Source: Flavobacteriales bacterium | Lineage (GTDB): Bacteria; Bacteroidota; Bacteroidia; Flavobacteriales_D; UBA2798 | DNA: 64,000 nt | Direction of reading: 5' to 3' | Assembly: GCA_037443205.1 (NCBI GenBank) | Contig: JBBIOU010000010.1 | Coordinates: 11,879-75,878, forward strand | In this document: positions 28,244-37,491 of the stretch, piece after piece | Numbering within the stretch: the stretch's first letter is position 1 | Layout: every line of letters begins with the position of its first letter | Position numbers and translations under genes: made by a program | The notes under the pieces: generated by a model | What the model saw: the letters and a program-made list of their open reading frames with translations, nothing else | The model's database searches: none | Told to the model about the DNA's origin: nothing

Positions 28244-29404
28244 TTATTTTTTTACTTTTTTGCTCCCCTCATACATATCAAAACAGGCATATATGCAGGC
28301 TAATTGCCCGTTGATGAGTTGAATTTTTTTATTGGCTTTTAAACCGATATGTTTTACTGCCTCTATGTTTGATGACAATATCCATGCGCTATTGTTTTTA
28401 TAAAAATGTTTAAGTGTTGAGCCTATACGTTTATAAAAAGTTATCAGGTCATCTTCGCTCAGGCGCTCACCATAAGGCGGGTTAAAAATAATTATGCCGG
28501 GTAACGAGAACTTACTTTTGCCGCTAAAAAAATCATGCCTGTAAAAATTTACCCGAATATATCTCTTTAATGCCAATGCATTTGCTTTACAAATACCTAC
28601 ATTGCGTTCCAGAATATCGCTACCGTATATATCAACAGCGGTATGTTTCATATTATCTACAGCTTGCGTGTAAATATTTTGCCATAACTCTTTATCAAAA
28701 TCGGCATGATACATAAAACCATAGTCTTTACGACATATACCTGCAGGAATATTAGCTGCTATTAATGCAGCTTCTAATGCCAAAGTACCGCTGCCGCACA
28801 TGGGGTCGTAAAAGGGCGTACTTTTATCCCAATTACTCAACAGTATCATTCCTGCTGCCAGAACTTCACTCAGGGGTGCCTGTCCGTTGATTTTTTTATA
28901 TCCTCTGCGATAAAGCGAATCGCCCGAAGTGTCAATTGATAAATTTACTTTATTGTGGCTGATGTGTAAATTTATTTTAATGTCAGGATTCGCTTTATGT
29001 ACGCTGGGTCGGGTATTGAATTTTTTCTTAAAGCGGTCAACAATAGCATCTTTTAGTTTTAACGCAGCATATTGCGAATGTTTAAAATAAGGCGAGTTAA
29101 CAGTATATGTAATAGAAAATGTTTTTTGGTCGTTAAAATATTTTTCCCACTCTACCTGCATACAATGATGGTATAATTCATTTTCGTTAACTGCATTAAA
29201 GGAAGATATATGTTTCATCACGTTTAAAGCCGTACGCAAACATAAATTGCTTTTATAAATCAATGCCTTATCACCTGTAAACGAAACAGCCCGTTTTTGT
29301 ATATCAATCGCTGAAGCTCCCAATGCACTTAATTCGTCTGCTAAAACCTCTTCCAGACCATGCAATGTTTTGGCTACCAAAAAAAATGTATCTTTATCGC
29401 TCAC
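28244..29404 (-). CDS. THUMP-domain class I SAM-dependent RNA methyltransferase (RlmL-N-like)
   Basis: N-terminal THUMP-like region, DPMCGSGT SAM motif and NPPYGERL catalytic motif. Confidence 0.85.
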   Translation of the reverse strand: MSDKDTFFLVAKTLHGLEEVLADELSALGASAIDIQKRAVSFTGDKALIYKSNLCLRTALNVMKHISSFNAVNENELYHHCMQVEWEKYFNDQKTFSITYTVNSPYFKHSQYAALKLKDAIVDRFKKKFNTRPSVHKANPDIKINLHISHNKVNLSIDTSGDSLYRRGYKKINGQAPLSEVLAAGMILLSNWDKSTPFYDPMCGSGTLALEAALIAANIPAGICRKDYGFMYHADFDKELWQNIYTQAVDNMKHTAVDIYGSDILERNVGICKANALALKRYIRVNFYRHDFFSGKSKFSLPGIIIFNPPYGERLSEDDLITFYKRIGSTLKHFYKNNSAWILSSNIEAVKHIGLKANKKIQLINGQLACIYACFDMYEGSKKVKK

Positions 29405-29438
29405 AACTAAAATTTATTACTTATTTACAATAATTATT

Positions 29439-29780
29439 ATGGGTAATAACAAAAAAAACAGGGTAAATATAGTTTATTCCACCAATCCCGATTTTAAATA
29501 TAGTTATTATGAGGCTCAAGAACCCGAAACACTGGCGCCACAGCAACAAAATTTAAAAATATGGCTAGAACGCAAAGGCGGGGGAAAACTGCTTACTATT
29601 ATAAAAGGTTTTGTAGGTAAAAATGATGATATAGAAAGTTTAGCCAAGGAACTGAAAAAAAAATGCGGTGTGGGCGGTGCCGTTAAAGACGGAGAAATTC
29701 TTATACAGGGCGATGCAAGAGATAAGGTATTAAATATTCTTAGCTCGCTGGGATATCAGGCTAAAAAAGCGGGGGGTTAA
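29439..29780 (+). CDS. SUI1/YciH-family translation initiation factor
   Basis: GKLLTIIKG...LKKKCGVGGAVKDGEILIQGD signature. The start is placed at MGNNKK (29439), because the 29370 start would overlap the divergent gene. Confidence 0.85.
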   Translation: MGNNKKNRVNIVYSTNPDFKYSYYEAQEPETLAPQQQNLKIWLERKGGGKLLTIIKGFVGKNDDIESLAKELKKKCGVGGAVKDGEILIQGDARDKVLNILSSLGYQAKKAGG

Positions 29781-29795
29781 ACTCAATTAACCCCC
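29763..29795 (-). terminator. intrinsic terminator for the minus-strand transcript, embedded in the 3' end of the convergent SUI1 gene
   Basis: Minus strand reads GGGGGTTAA-TTGAGT-TTAACCCCC (9-bp GC-rich stem), then CGC, then TTTTTT. Confidence 0.6.
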
Positions 29796-29842
29796 AAAAG
29801 TATCTTGCATTAAATACCCCACGAGGCTAGTATCAATTTGCG

Positions 29843-29989
29843 ATTATAAACCCCAATTCAGCATTAGAAATTTGAAATAAATCCAAATTTTCCGCCAGAG
29901 GCGGACTGAGTGTGTTGAGTGTTGTGTGGGATTGGGGTTATCCGCCATCAGGCGAGCATTACGCATGCTAATGCGTAATGTGGGATAAA
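29843..29989 (-). repeat. 147-nt structured intergenic repeat, copy 3 (candidate ncRNA / 3'UTR element)
   Basis: The reverse complement aligns over its full length with 14653-14799. It starts 16 nt after the stop of the minus-strand gene ending at 30006. Confidence 0.85.
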
Positions 29990-30005
29990 TATATTGAAAC
30001 TTAAC

Positions 30006-30716
30006 TTATTTTCTTTCTCCGAATAAACGAAGCAGGGTTAAAAACAGATTGATAAATAATATATACATCTGCAAACCGAAGATAAGTGCAAGCTTAGATG
30101 TTGATTCTCCCTGGTATTCGGCCATCTGGCTCCAGTTTTTAATTTCCTGCATTTTATAAGCTGTTAATCCGGTAAATACAAACACGCCTATGATTGATAT
30201 TATCCAGTCGAGTTTTTCGCTTTGCATAAAAATATTTACTATAGAGGCAATGAATATACCAATAAACACCATATACAATATACTTCCCAGTTTAGTTAAA
30301 TCTGTTTTAGTAAAATAACCCAACAAAGCCATAGCACCATAAGTACCTGCGGTGATGGCAAATACAGAAGCTATTGAACCCAATTCATAAACCAAAAAGA
30401 TAAACCCTAATGAAGCACCTATTAGTACGCTATATAAAATATATAGTGCCAACAATACAACAATTGACAATCTGTTGTATGCCATCTGCATAAGCAGTGC
30501 TAAACCTACCGGGGCAAAAAGTACGATATATCCCAGTGGCGTGAATCCTGTTTCACTGATAAGTAATAAAACAAGATTTAAGTTATGACCGAACAACCAT
30601 GCTACCACACCGGAAATAGCCAGCGCAGCAAACATATAAGAAAAAACATTGGCAATTAGTGCACGCGATTTAGCAACAATTTCGCCTTGCATAGAATCTA
30701 AAGTATTGTAACTCAT
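30006..30716 (-). CDS. Bax inhibitor-1/YccA family membrane protein
   Basis: 236 aa, seven hydrophobic helices, BI-1-type C-terminus (..LFINLFLTLLRLFG). Confidence 0.85.
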   Translation of the reverse strand: MSYNTLDSMQGEIVAKSRALIANVFSYMFAALAISGVVAWLFGHNLNLVLLLISETGFTPLGYIVLFAPVGLALLMQMAYNRLSIVVLLALYILYSVLIGASLGFIFLVYELGSIASVFAITAGTYGAMALLGYFTKTDLTKLGSILYMVFIGIFIASIVNIFMQSEKLDWIISIIGVFVFTGLTAYKMQEIKNWSQMAEYQGESTSKLALIFGLQMYILFINLFLTLLRLFGERK

Positions 30717-30754
30717 AATTATATTTTTTTTGGTTATTAATGTTTCAAAGATAA

Positions 30755-31480
30755 TTAATCTCTTCGATTATTTAAAAGAGAAATATAATATAATAATGTA
30801 GCCAAAGAACCTACGGCTGCAACCACATAAGTAAGTGCGGCCCAGGTTAATGCATCTTTGGCATTGGCGTGTTCGCTTTTTGTAACTATACCGCGATTAG
30901 TCATCCAGGCCAATGCCCTGCGACTGGCATCAAATTCTACCGGCAGGGTAACAAAACTAAAGAGTGTAAATACACCATAACATCCAATAAAAAGGTAAAT
31001 AATTGTATCTATCGGAATAGTTTTGTATAAAGCGTATCCGCCAAAAATACTTAACAGCAAAATAAAGTTCAGAATTTTACCGCTTACTGCTTGTATGGGC
31101 ACCAAAGCCGAACGCATTTCGAGCATACTGTATTTTTCGGCATGTTGTATGGCATGACCACACTCGTGAGCGGCCACGGCAGCAGCAGCAGCGTTGCGCC
31201 CATGATACACATCGTAGCTTAAATTAACGGTTCTGTTTTGAGGGTTATAATGGTCGGTAAGTTCTCCCTCTACACAAATAACATTAACCCCATAAACACC
31301 ATTATCAGCCAGCATTTTTTCGGCAATTTCTTTACCACTCATTCCATTACTGATGGGTGTTTGCGAATAGCGCTGAAATTTACTTTTTAATGTAAAACTC
31401 ACCACCATTCCAATAAGCATAAATACAATACCAATTAAAAATGCACCGTTTTGCATTAATCCATTCATCTCTGAGTACAT
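30755..31480 (-). CDS. membrane zinc metallopeptidase (neutral zinc metallopeptidase family)
   Basis: HECGHAIQH (HExxH) motif between TM segments. 241 aa. Confidence 0.8.
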   Translation of the reverse strand: MYSEMNGLMQNGAFLIGIVFMLIGMVVSFTLKSKFQRYSQTPISNGMSGKEIAEKMLADNGVYGVNVICVEGELTDHYNPQNRTVNLSYDVYHGRNAAAAAVAAHECGHAIQHAEKYSMLEMRSALVPIQAVSGKILNFILLLSIFGGYALYKTIPIDTIIYLFIGCYGVFTLFSFVTLPVEFDASRRALAWMTNRGIVTKSEHANAKDALTWAALTYVVAAVGSLATLLYYISLLNNRRD

Positions 31481-31499
31481 AAGGTTTTGATTTTTAAGT

Positions 31500-32135
31500 T
31501 TAACTTAGTTTAGCGCTGATAAGCGAAATAAACTCTTTGCGGGTAGGTTCTTTTAAAAACTCACCGGTAAATGCCGAAGTGGTAGTTACCGAATTTTGTT
31601 TTTGAACTCCGCGCATTTGCATACACATATGCTGAGCTTCTATAACTACAGCCACCCCCAAGGGGTTTAATGTTTGTTGAATGCAATCGCGTATTTCGTT
31701 TGTCAGCCTTTCTTGTACCTGCAATCTGCGTGCAAAAGCATCAACTACGCGTGGAATTTTACTTAAACCGACAATATGTCCGTTGGGGATATAGGCTATA
31801 TGTGCTTTACCAAAAAAGGGCAAGAGGTGGTGTTCACACAAAGAATATACTTCAATGTCTTTAACAATAACCATCTGACTGTAATCTTCGGCAAACATTG
31901 CCGATTGCATAATTTCTACCGGATTAATATCGTAACCGTGTGTAAGAAACTGTATGGCCTTGGCAAAACGTTCGGGTGTTTTTTTTAATCCTTCGCGTTG
32001 TGCATCTTCTCCGATTTGATAAATGATATTGCGTGTAGCGTTGGCTATTTGGCTTATCTTTTCAGGATTGTATTGTTCCAGGCGTTCGTATCCGTCTAAG
32101 TTATTATCTGAAATTATGTCAGTTTTTTTTGTCAT
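31500..32135 (-). CDS. folE: GTP cyclohydrolase I
   Basis: [10 protein letters not shown] and HMCMQMRGV signature motifs. Confidence 0.93.
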   Translation of the reverse strand: MTKKTDIISDNNLDGYERLEQYNPEKISQIANATRNIIYQIGEDAQREGLKKTPERFAKAIQFLTHGYDINPVEIMQSAMFAEDYSQMVIVKDIEVYSLCEHHLLPFFGKAHIAYIPNGHIVGLSKIPRVVDAFARRLQVQERLTNEIRDCIQQTLNPLGVAVVIEAQHMCMQMRGVQKQNSVTTTSAFTGEFLKEPTRKEFISLISAKLS

Positions 32136-32554
32136 TATTCACCAAGGTATTCTGCGTAATTATTTTCAGTTTCCCATAGTTTAACAGCATAGAGTTTACA
32201 ATGGTCGTTATTTATAAGCGGCTGTAAAATATCCCAAATTACTATGCAAAGATTTTCGGTACTGGGTTTAATATTTTTTAAAAAAGGGATGTCTAAATTC
32301 AGGTTTTTATGGTCAAATACATCAGTAACATTTTCTTTTATAAGCTTACTGAGTTTTTTTAAATCAATGCAAAAACCGGTAACGGGGTCGGGAACACCTT
32401 TTACAGTTACATAAAGTGTATAGTTATGTCCGTGCCAGTTGGGATTGGCGCATTTACCAAAAACTTCAAAATTTTTTTCTTCGCTCCATGCTTCATGCCA
32501 CAATTTATGGGCGGCATTAAAACTTTCTTTTCGGGTAATATAAACTGTTCTCAT
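32135..32554 (-). CDS. queD: 6-carboxytetrahydropterin synthase / 6-pyruvoyl-tetrahydropterin synthase family
   Basis: FNAAHKL and HGHNY motifs. The start is placed at MRTVYITRK (32554). The stop overlaps the folE start by 1 nt. Confidence 0.85.
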   Translation of the reverse strand: MRTVYITRKESFNAAHKLWHEAWSEEKNFEVFGKCANPNWHGHNYTLYVTVKGVPDPVTGFCIDLKKLSKLIKENVTDVFDHKNLNLDIPFLKNIKPSTENLCIVIWDILQPLINNDHCKLYAVKLWETENNYAEYLGE

Positions 32555-32623
32555 TAGGGCACAAAGATAGGCAAAAAGCAACTGGCATAAAATGATATTG
32601 ATGCGAAAGAGTTATTGTTATTT

Positions 32624-33976
32624 TTATTCTTTGAGCCATTCGGCCTCAGTTTGGCTAAAATCTATTTCGTAAATATCAAATTCTCCTTTACCATCTTCGC
32701 GTATTGAAGAAAGATACCCTTTTTTACCATCGGCCGAAAGTCGAAAATAAATATCGTGGTTCACGCTGTTTACCGGGTAACCTAAATTTTTGGGTGCGGT
32801 CCAAACTCCGCCTTCAAATTTAGAGTAATAAATATCATATCCTCCCATGCTGCCATGTCCTTCCGAACTAAAAAAAAGATACTTGTCTTTATAAATAAAA
32901 GGGGTTGTTTCTTGCATGGGGGTATTTAATTCGGTTACCGGCATCGGCTCGCTCCATTTATTACTTCCCAGCTTATTACTTTTATAAATATCGGCTCCGT
33001 TTTTTTCTCCTCCTCTTTCGCTAACGAAATAAATTGTTTTTTCATCGCTGGTAAGTGTCGGGCAACCATCAAAAAAACTTGTGTTAATAGCTTTTTTACC
33101 CTTGGGTAACAATTTTGCCATACCCCATTTATCGGTAGATTTGCTTAATTTGGCAACTGCTATATCTGAACTTTTGGTGTATCTGGATATGTTTTGTGTG
33201 ATGTATATGGTAGAGCCGTCAGCCGTAACGTGGCTAACCAAATCATGTTCATCGGTATTCAATTTACCTTCCACCTGTCTGGGTTCGCTCCAAGTTCCAT
33301 CTTCGTTGCGTGTACAATAGTATATATCTTCAAAATATTTGCTGTCGGCAGTAGAAACTATCCCTCCGGTGCTTTGTGGCCTGCGCGAACCAAAATAAAG
33401 TATTTTGCCATCCGCAGTTTCAAATGCTGCATAGTCATAATTTCGGGAGTTTATGAGGGCAATGTTGGTAATATTGGCCTTTACCGGATTAGCTACCATT
33501 TCTTTGGCGCGTTTGCATTGGGCAATATATTCATCCACCATATAATCCTTTAGTTTTACGGGGTTAGAAGCATTGGCAGCTTTAAACTTTTCAAATGCAG
33601 CAATGGCTTCGTCTAACTTAAGCAGGCGGTGATTAACCTTGCCTATTAAATAATCACTCTCGCTGTTTACTTTGGGGTCGAGTTCCAGCGATTTGTTTAG
33701 ATATTCCAGGCAGGCATTGTAATTGAGTAATTCGTAATAGCACTCTGCTGCTCTGTAATATGCTGCCGCATTATTTTTATCTTGCACTATTACTTCGCGG
33801 TATGCCGATAGCGCTCCCTTGTAATCACCCGCATACTGAAGGTTTTTGGCATCTGTCATTTTTTTCAGTATCAGGGTTTTTTCAATAATATTTTTACTGG
33901 AATCAGGAAAAAAAATACCTGCCAACGACAAGTTGCAACAACTTATTATGCTTAATAGTAGTATGTTTTTTTTCAT
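32624..33976 (-). CDS. exported TPR + PD40 (TolB-like beta-propeller repeat) protein
   Basis: Signal peptide, N-terminal TPRs, then repeated PD40-like units (YFGSRR, IYFVSERGG..GADIY, GSMGGYDIYY). Confidence 0.75.
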   Translation of the reverse strand: MKKNILLLSIISCCNLSLAGIFFPDSSKNIIEKTLILKKMTDAKNLQYAGDYKGALSAYREVIVQDKNNAAAYYRAAECYYELLNYNACLEYLNKSLELDPKVNSESDYLIGKVNHRLLKLDEAIAAFEKFKAANASNPVKLKDYMVDEYIAQCKRAKEMVANPVKANITNIALINSRNYDYAAFETADGKILYFGSRRPQSTGGIVSTADSKYFEDIYYCTRNEDGTWSEPRQVEGKLNTDEHDLVSHVTADGSTIYITQNISRYTKSSDIAVAKLSKSTDKWGMAKLLPKGKKAINTSFFDGCPTLTSDEKTIYFVSERGGEKNGADIYKSNKLGSNKWSEPMPVTELNTPMQETTPFIYKDKYLFFSSEGHGSMGGYDIYYSKFEGGVWTAPKNLGYPVNSVNHDIYFRLSADGKKGYLSSIREDGKGEFDIYEIDFSQTEAEWLKE

Positions 33977-34024
33977 AAATTATTGTGTATGGTTTTATTC
34001 TTGCAAAACAAATATAATAAATCT

Positions 34025-34798
34025 TTAATTTGTCTGTGTATTTTTTTCATTTGCGGGTGAATTAAGGTTCTTGTCTAAGTAATAATGCATACCTATACCA
34101 CAGGCTACTATGGCCAAAATAGGGGCAAATAAAATACCAACATGGTAGGGCAGATAAAACAATGCCGTAAAAATAAACCCGTTGCCAAAGGCAAAACCGG
34201 CATTTTTACGCACATATACAACACTTTGACTGATGGTCATTTTTCTACGTTCGTTGATATAATCAATCATAGAAAATCCGTAAAAATAACAACCTACCAA
34301 AAACATGAAAACAGGTGTGGCTAAACTCATTCCGGGTATAAATAATGCCAAAATAATCCAGGCAGATATAAGTAAATATTCTAACAAAAAATTTCCTATG
34401 GCTATCCTTATGCCTCTGCGTATGTCTTTTATGAGCTGCGAGAATGAAGTTGTATAATTATTCCCTGTAATTTTTTTTTCAACCACATAGCTCAAATGAG
34501 CAAGCAAAGGCGAGAGTAGCACAAACACAATGTATTTACGCATTTTAAAGGCCATAAGTGTTAATATATACATGCCCAACATCTTAAAAATCTCAAACAT
34601 CAATTCATTAAAACTTTCTACCTGTTCAATATCATATTGGTGTAAAATATCTTCGATGGCTGTGCCCGCATAGTAGATTAATCCCGATAGAATAGCTGGT
34701 GGTATAAAGTATAGCCATATTTTGTGTTTAGCAATAAAAATAATTGCTTTAAAGTAACCGGATAGTGCCCAAAAGAATTGTTTAAGGTGGATATTCAA
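34025..34798 (-). CDS. polytopic membrane protein (EI24/CysZ-like, tentative)
   Basis: 257 aa with about 6 TM helices. The N-terminal layout resembles the CysZ/EI24 family. Weak call. Confidence 0.5.
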   Translation of the reverse strand: MNIHLKQFFWALSGYFKAIIFIAKHKIWLYFIPPAILSGLIYYAGTAIEDILHQYDIEQVESFNELMFEIFKMLGMYILTLMAFKMRKYIVFVLLSPLLAHLSYVVEKKITGNNYTTSFSQLIKDIRRGIRIAIGNFLLEYLLISAWIILALFIPGMSLATPVFMFLVGCYFYGFSMIDYINERRKMTISQSVVYVRKNAGFAFGNGFIFTALFYLPYHVGILFAPILAIVACGIGMHYYLDKNLNSPANEKNTQTN

Positions 34799-34834
34799 AC
34801 AATAAATTTTGGTAAAAATAACACAGAAATTTAA

Positions 34835-35761
34835 TTACTCATTTAAATATTTTTGTTCAAAACTATTCATCACAGATTTTGTTTCGATATATAATTGCTC
34901 TTTTAGGATTTTAAGTACATCTTTTGAATAAGCATGTTGTTTTATGGCGAGTGCTTGTTCTAAAAATTCGATGGCGGTAAAATAATTACCCTTACCTGCA
35001 TAGTAAACCGCAAGGTTATGAAAGGCATATCTGCGTATTCGCTTATTGGGATGATAAATTAAATCTAACCAGATATCGGCTGCTTTTATCCATGTGTCAT
35101 CGTATGTATATCTTGCAGCCATTCTAATCATTTTATTGCCACCCACGTAATAACTTTGGGAAATATTTAACCAAAAATCACTTATCCGGTATGCTAAATC
35201 AAATGCCGCAAATTGATATGAATCAAATATTTTATTGTCTCTGATTAAGTATTTTAATATTTCCGAACTATCTTTTAAATAATTTTCTCTTTTATAAATT
35301 TTAAAATATTCATAAACTATATCTTTTTTTTGTGTTGAATATATTTTCCACCCGATACTGAATAGCTCATTTTTTTGCTTTTTAGGAAACGTAAAAAAAG
35401 GTTGTTTAACATTCTTAAAATATTCGAGTGAAATAATATGTTGTGCATTTAAGGCATGGCAAATGCTGTCTATTTGATGATGTGTAAAGGTAGTTTGCAG
35501 GCTATCGGAAAGATTGTTGTTGGATAGGGGTTTATTAATGATATTAATTGTTTTATAATAATTAAAAAGGGTAAGATACTCTTTTAAAAAATTACATATA
35601 TTGTATGTGTGTTTTGCCGGAAAGCGATTAAGAATAATAATCGCATCCGCATGTTTAAGCTGTTTAATTTCTATGGGTTTGTGAACATTAAATTCGGTAT
35701 AAATACTGCAGGCTGAAATATTTATACAAAGTAAACAGGTTATATACAGCTTAGCAGACAA
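34835..35761 (-). CDS. uncharacterised lipoprotein, paralog B
   Basis: Lipobox-like INISAC. Collinear similarity to 35766..36803 (ILNR, LEYF/LEFF, GW(K/R)IY, RIS..W, HNLAV(Y/H)YA). Confidence 0.6.
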   Translation of the reverse strand: MSAKLYITCLLCINISACSIYTEFNVHKPIEIKQLKHADAIIILNRFPAKHTYNICNFLKEYLTLFNYYKTINIINKPLSNNNLSDSLQTTFTHHQIDSICHALNAQHIISLEYFKNVKQPFFTFPKKQKNELFSIGWKIYSTQKKDIVYEYFKIYKRENYLKDSSEILKYLIRDNKIFDSYQFAAFDLAYRISDFWLNISQSYYVGGNKMIRMAARYTYDDTWIKAADIWLDLIYHPNKRIRRYAFHNLAVYYAGKGNYFTAIEFLEQALAIKQHAYSKDVLKILKEQLYIETKSVMNSFEQKYLNE

Positions 35762-35765
35762 AAAA

Positions 35766-36803
35766 TTAATCAGTAAAATAATCGTTGTTAGATTGTTTAT
35801 TATGTCTTTTTATCAATCTTCGTTCCTCATCGGCTCTAATATTCAGGTAATTTATCAATGCCATGGTATTACCATAACGTCTTAGCTCCATAGATTGCCG
35901 GGCAAAGTTCATGGCATTATCATTATCTCCGATACGGGCATAATGCACGGCCAGATTATGCAATGCACGCGATTTTATTTTTCTTTTACCGGCATTGTTG
36001 GCTTCTGCCTGCCAGATTTCGGTTGCACTTTGCCAATTACCGGCACGTGCATAACGCGATGCTTGCTTCATAGAAGGGGTACCTCCTTTAAAATAACTGT
36101 GAGCAACATTAACCCATTGTTCTGAAATGCGAAAACCATATTCTACACCTGCCCGCGCACCGGTACCTTTTATCACGCGGTTTTTTCTGATATAATTATC
36201 TACCGCAGCTCCATAGTTAGGATTTTTGGCATAAGTTGTCCAGGTTTCCAGGTGATGCTCATCAATTATTTTTTTTGATGCGGGAACATAAATACGCCAA
36301 CCGGTTTTTACCAAGGTGTTATTGGCATTTCCTGTCCCGGCTGAAGAAGGTGGGATTGGACCACCATTAGCAACTGTAGAAATACCCGAGTTGGAATCAA
36401 AAAATTCTAAAACAATCAAAGCCTGAGCATTATTTATGCTACATAAGCTATCTACAGTGCTCCAGCTTAAGGGATTGGCCATGTAGCTTCTGCCCGAACC
36501 TTTCATTACTCCGTTTATTAAGTTTACATGTTTATAATTTTCGGAATGAGATAGACACTCCCTGAGTGTAATAACACAATTTTCTGCACCTCGCTTATCT
36601 GCTCCTATGGTTTCGCCTGTTAAAACTCCTTCTGCTATGTTTATTCCCCTGCCTTTATCAGACAAGGTGCGATTGAGTATAGCCACTCGCTCTATGTTAT
36701 CTATATTATTAATATTAGCCGGACGCAGAACTTGCCAGGTAGTTGAAGCGGTACACGAAACCAAAGCAGCCGCCATTAAAAAATAATGAAAGTATCTTAT
36801 CAT
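35766..36803 (-). CDS. uncharacterised lipoprotein, paralog A
   Basis: Lipobox ALVSC. TPR-like C-terminus (ALHNLAVHYARIGDNDNAMNFARQS). Paralog of the downstream gene. Confidence 0.6.
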   Translation of the reverse strand: MIRYFHYFLMAAALVSCTASTTWQVLRPANINNIDNIERVAILNRTLSDKGRGINIAEGVLTGETIGADKRGAENCVITLRECLSHSENYKHVNLINGVMKGSGRSYMANPLSWSTVDSLCSINNAQALIVLEFFDSNSGISTVANGGPIPPSSAGTGNANNTLVKTGWRIYVPASKKIIDEHHLETWTTYAKNPNYGAAVDNYIRKNRVIKGTGARAGVEYGFRISEQWVNVAHSYFKGGTPSMKQASRYARAGNWQSATEIWQAEANNAGKRKIKSRALHNLAVHYARIGDNDNAMNFARQSMELRRYGNTMALINYLNIRADEERRLIKRHNKQSNNDYFTD

Positions 36804-36897
36804 GCTGTATGGGGGTATTTAAATTGTTATTTTTTTGTTAAAAACAAATTATGTGCCAACTGTAAATTATTACGATAAATTATCCGGTTGTAACTTA

Positions 36898-37491
36898 TTA
36901 TTTTCTAAAAAAAATTTTTTTTATTGTTAACACTATAATTTTTATATCGGTAAGTAAATTATGATTTTGAATATACCTCAAATTGAGTTTAAGTTTAGCC
37001 GGCATAATTTGCTCAATGTATGTTTTTTCGGGATTGGATGACTTACCCAAAATTTCATTTTCATTGGCATACTCAATAGAAGCATAATCAGTAATACCGG
37101 GTTTTACATCAAGCACGCGTTTTTGCTCAGCATTATACAAGTCAACATATTTCCTCACTTCGGGGCGGGGTCCTACCAAACTCATATTTCCTATCAGCAC
37201 ATTAAACAATTGGGGTAATTCATCCAGTTTATATTTTCTTAAATAATATCCTACCGGGGTAATTCTTGCATCGCGCATACCTACGGTTAATTGTCCTTTT
37301 TTTTCTGAATCACGGTACATGGTTCTAAACTTATATAATTTAAAATCGCGGTTGTTTTTACCTACCCTGGATTGCAAAAAAAATATCGGGCCTTTATCGG
37401 TAAATAATATGAGCAGCGATATAATTATAAATACCGGCAATAATATGGTAATAGCTACAAGCGAAAAAGTTATATCAAAAACACGTTTCAA
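36898..37491 (-). CDS. small monotopic phosphoglycosyl (sugar) transferase, PglC/WbaP-C-like
   Basis: DELPQLFNVL..MSLVGPRPE signature of bacterial sugar transferases. 197 aa. Confidence 0.88.
   Translation of the reverse strand: MKRVFDITFSLVAITILLPVFIIISLLILFTDKGPIFFLQSRVGKNNRDFKLYKFRTMYRDSEKKGQLTVGMRDARITPVGYYLRKYKLDELPQLFNVLIGNMSLVGPRPEVRKYVDLYNAEQKRVLDVKPGITDYASIEYANENEILGKSSNPEKTYIEQIMPAKLKLNLRYIQNHNLLTDIKIIVLTIKKIFFRK

Noticed and set aside
32555-32623. Possible riboswitches upstream of queD/folE, purB, dapD and folC (preQ1, purine, lysine, THF)
   Set aside because: The upstream gaps are only about 20-70 nt and contain none of the conserved cores I know for these classes.
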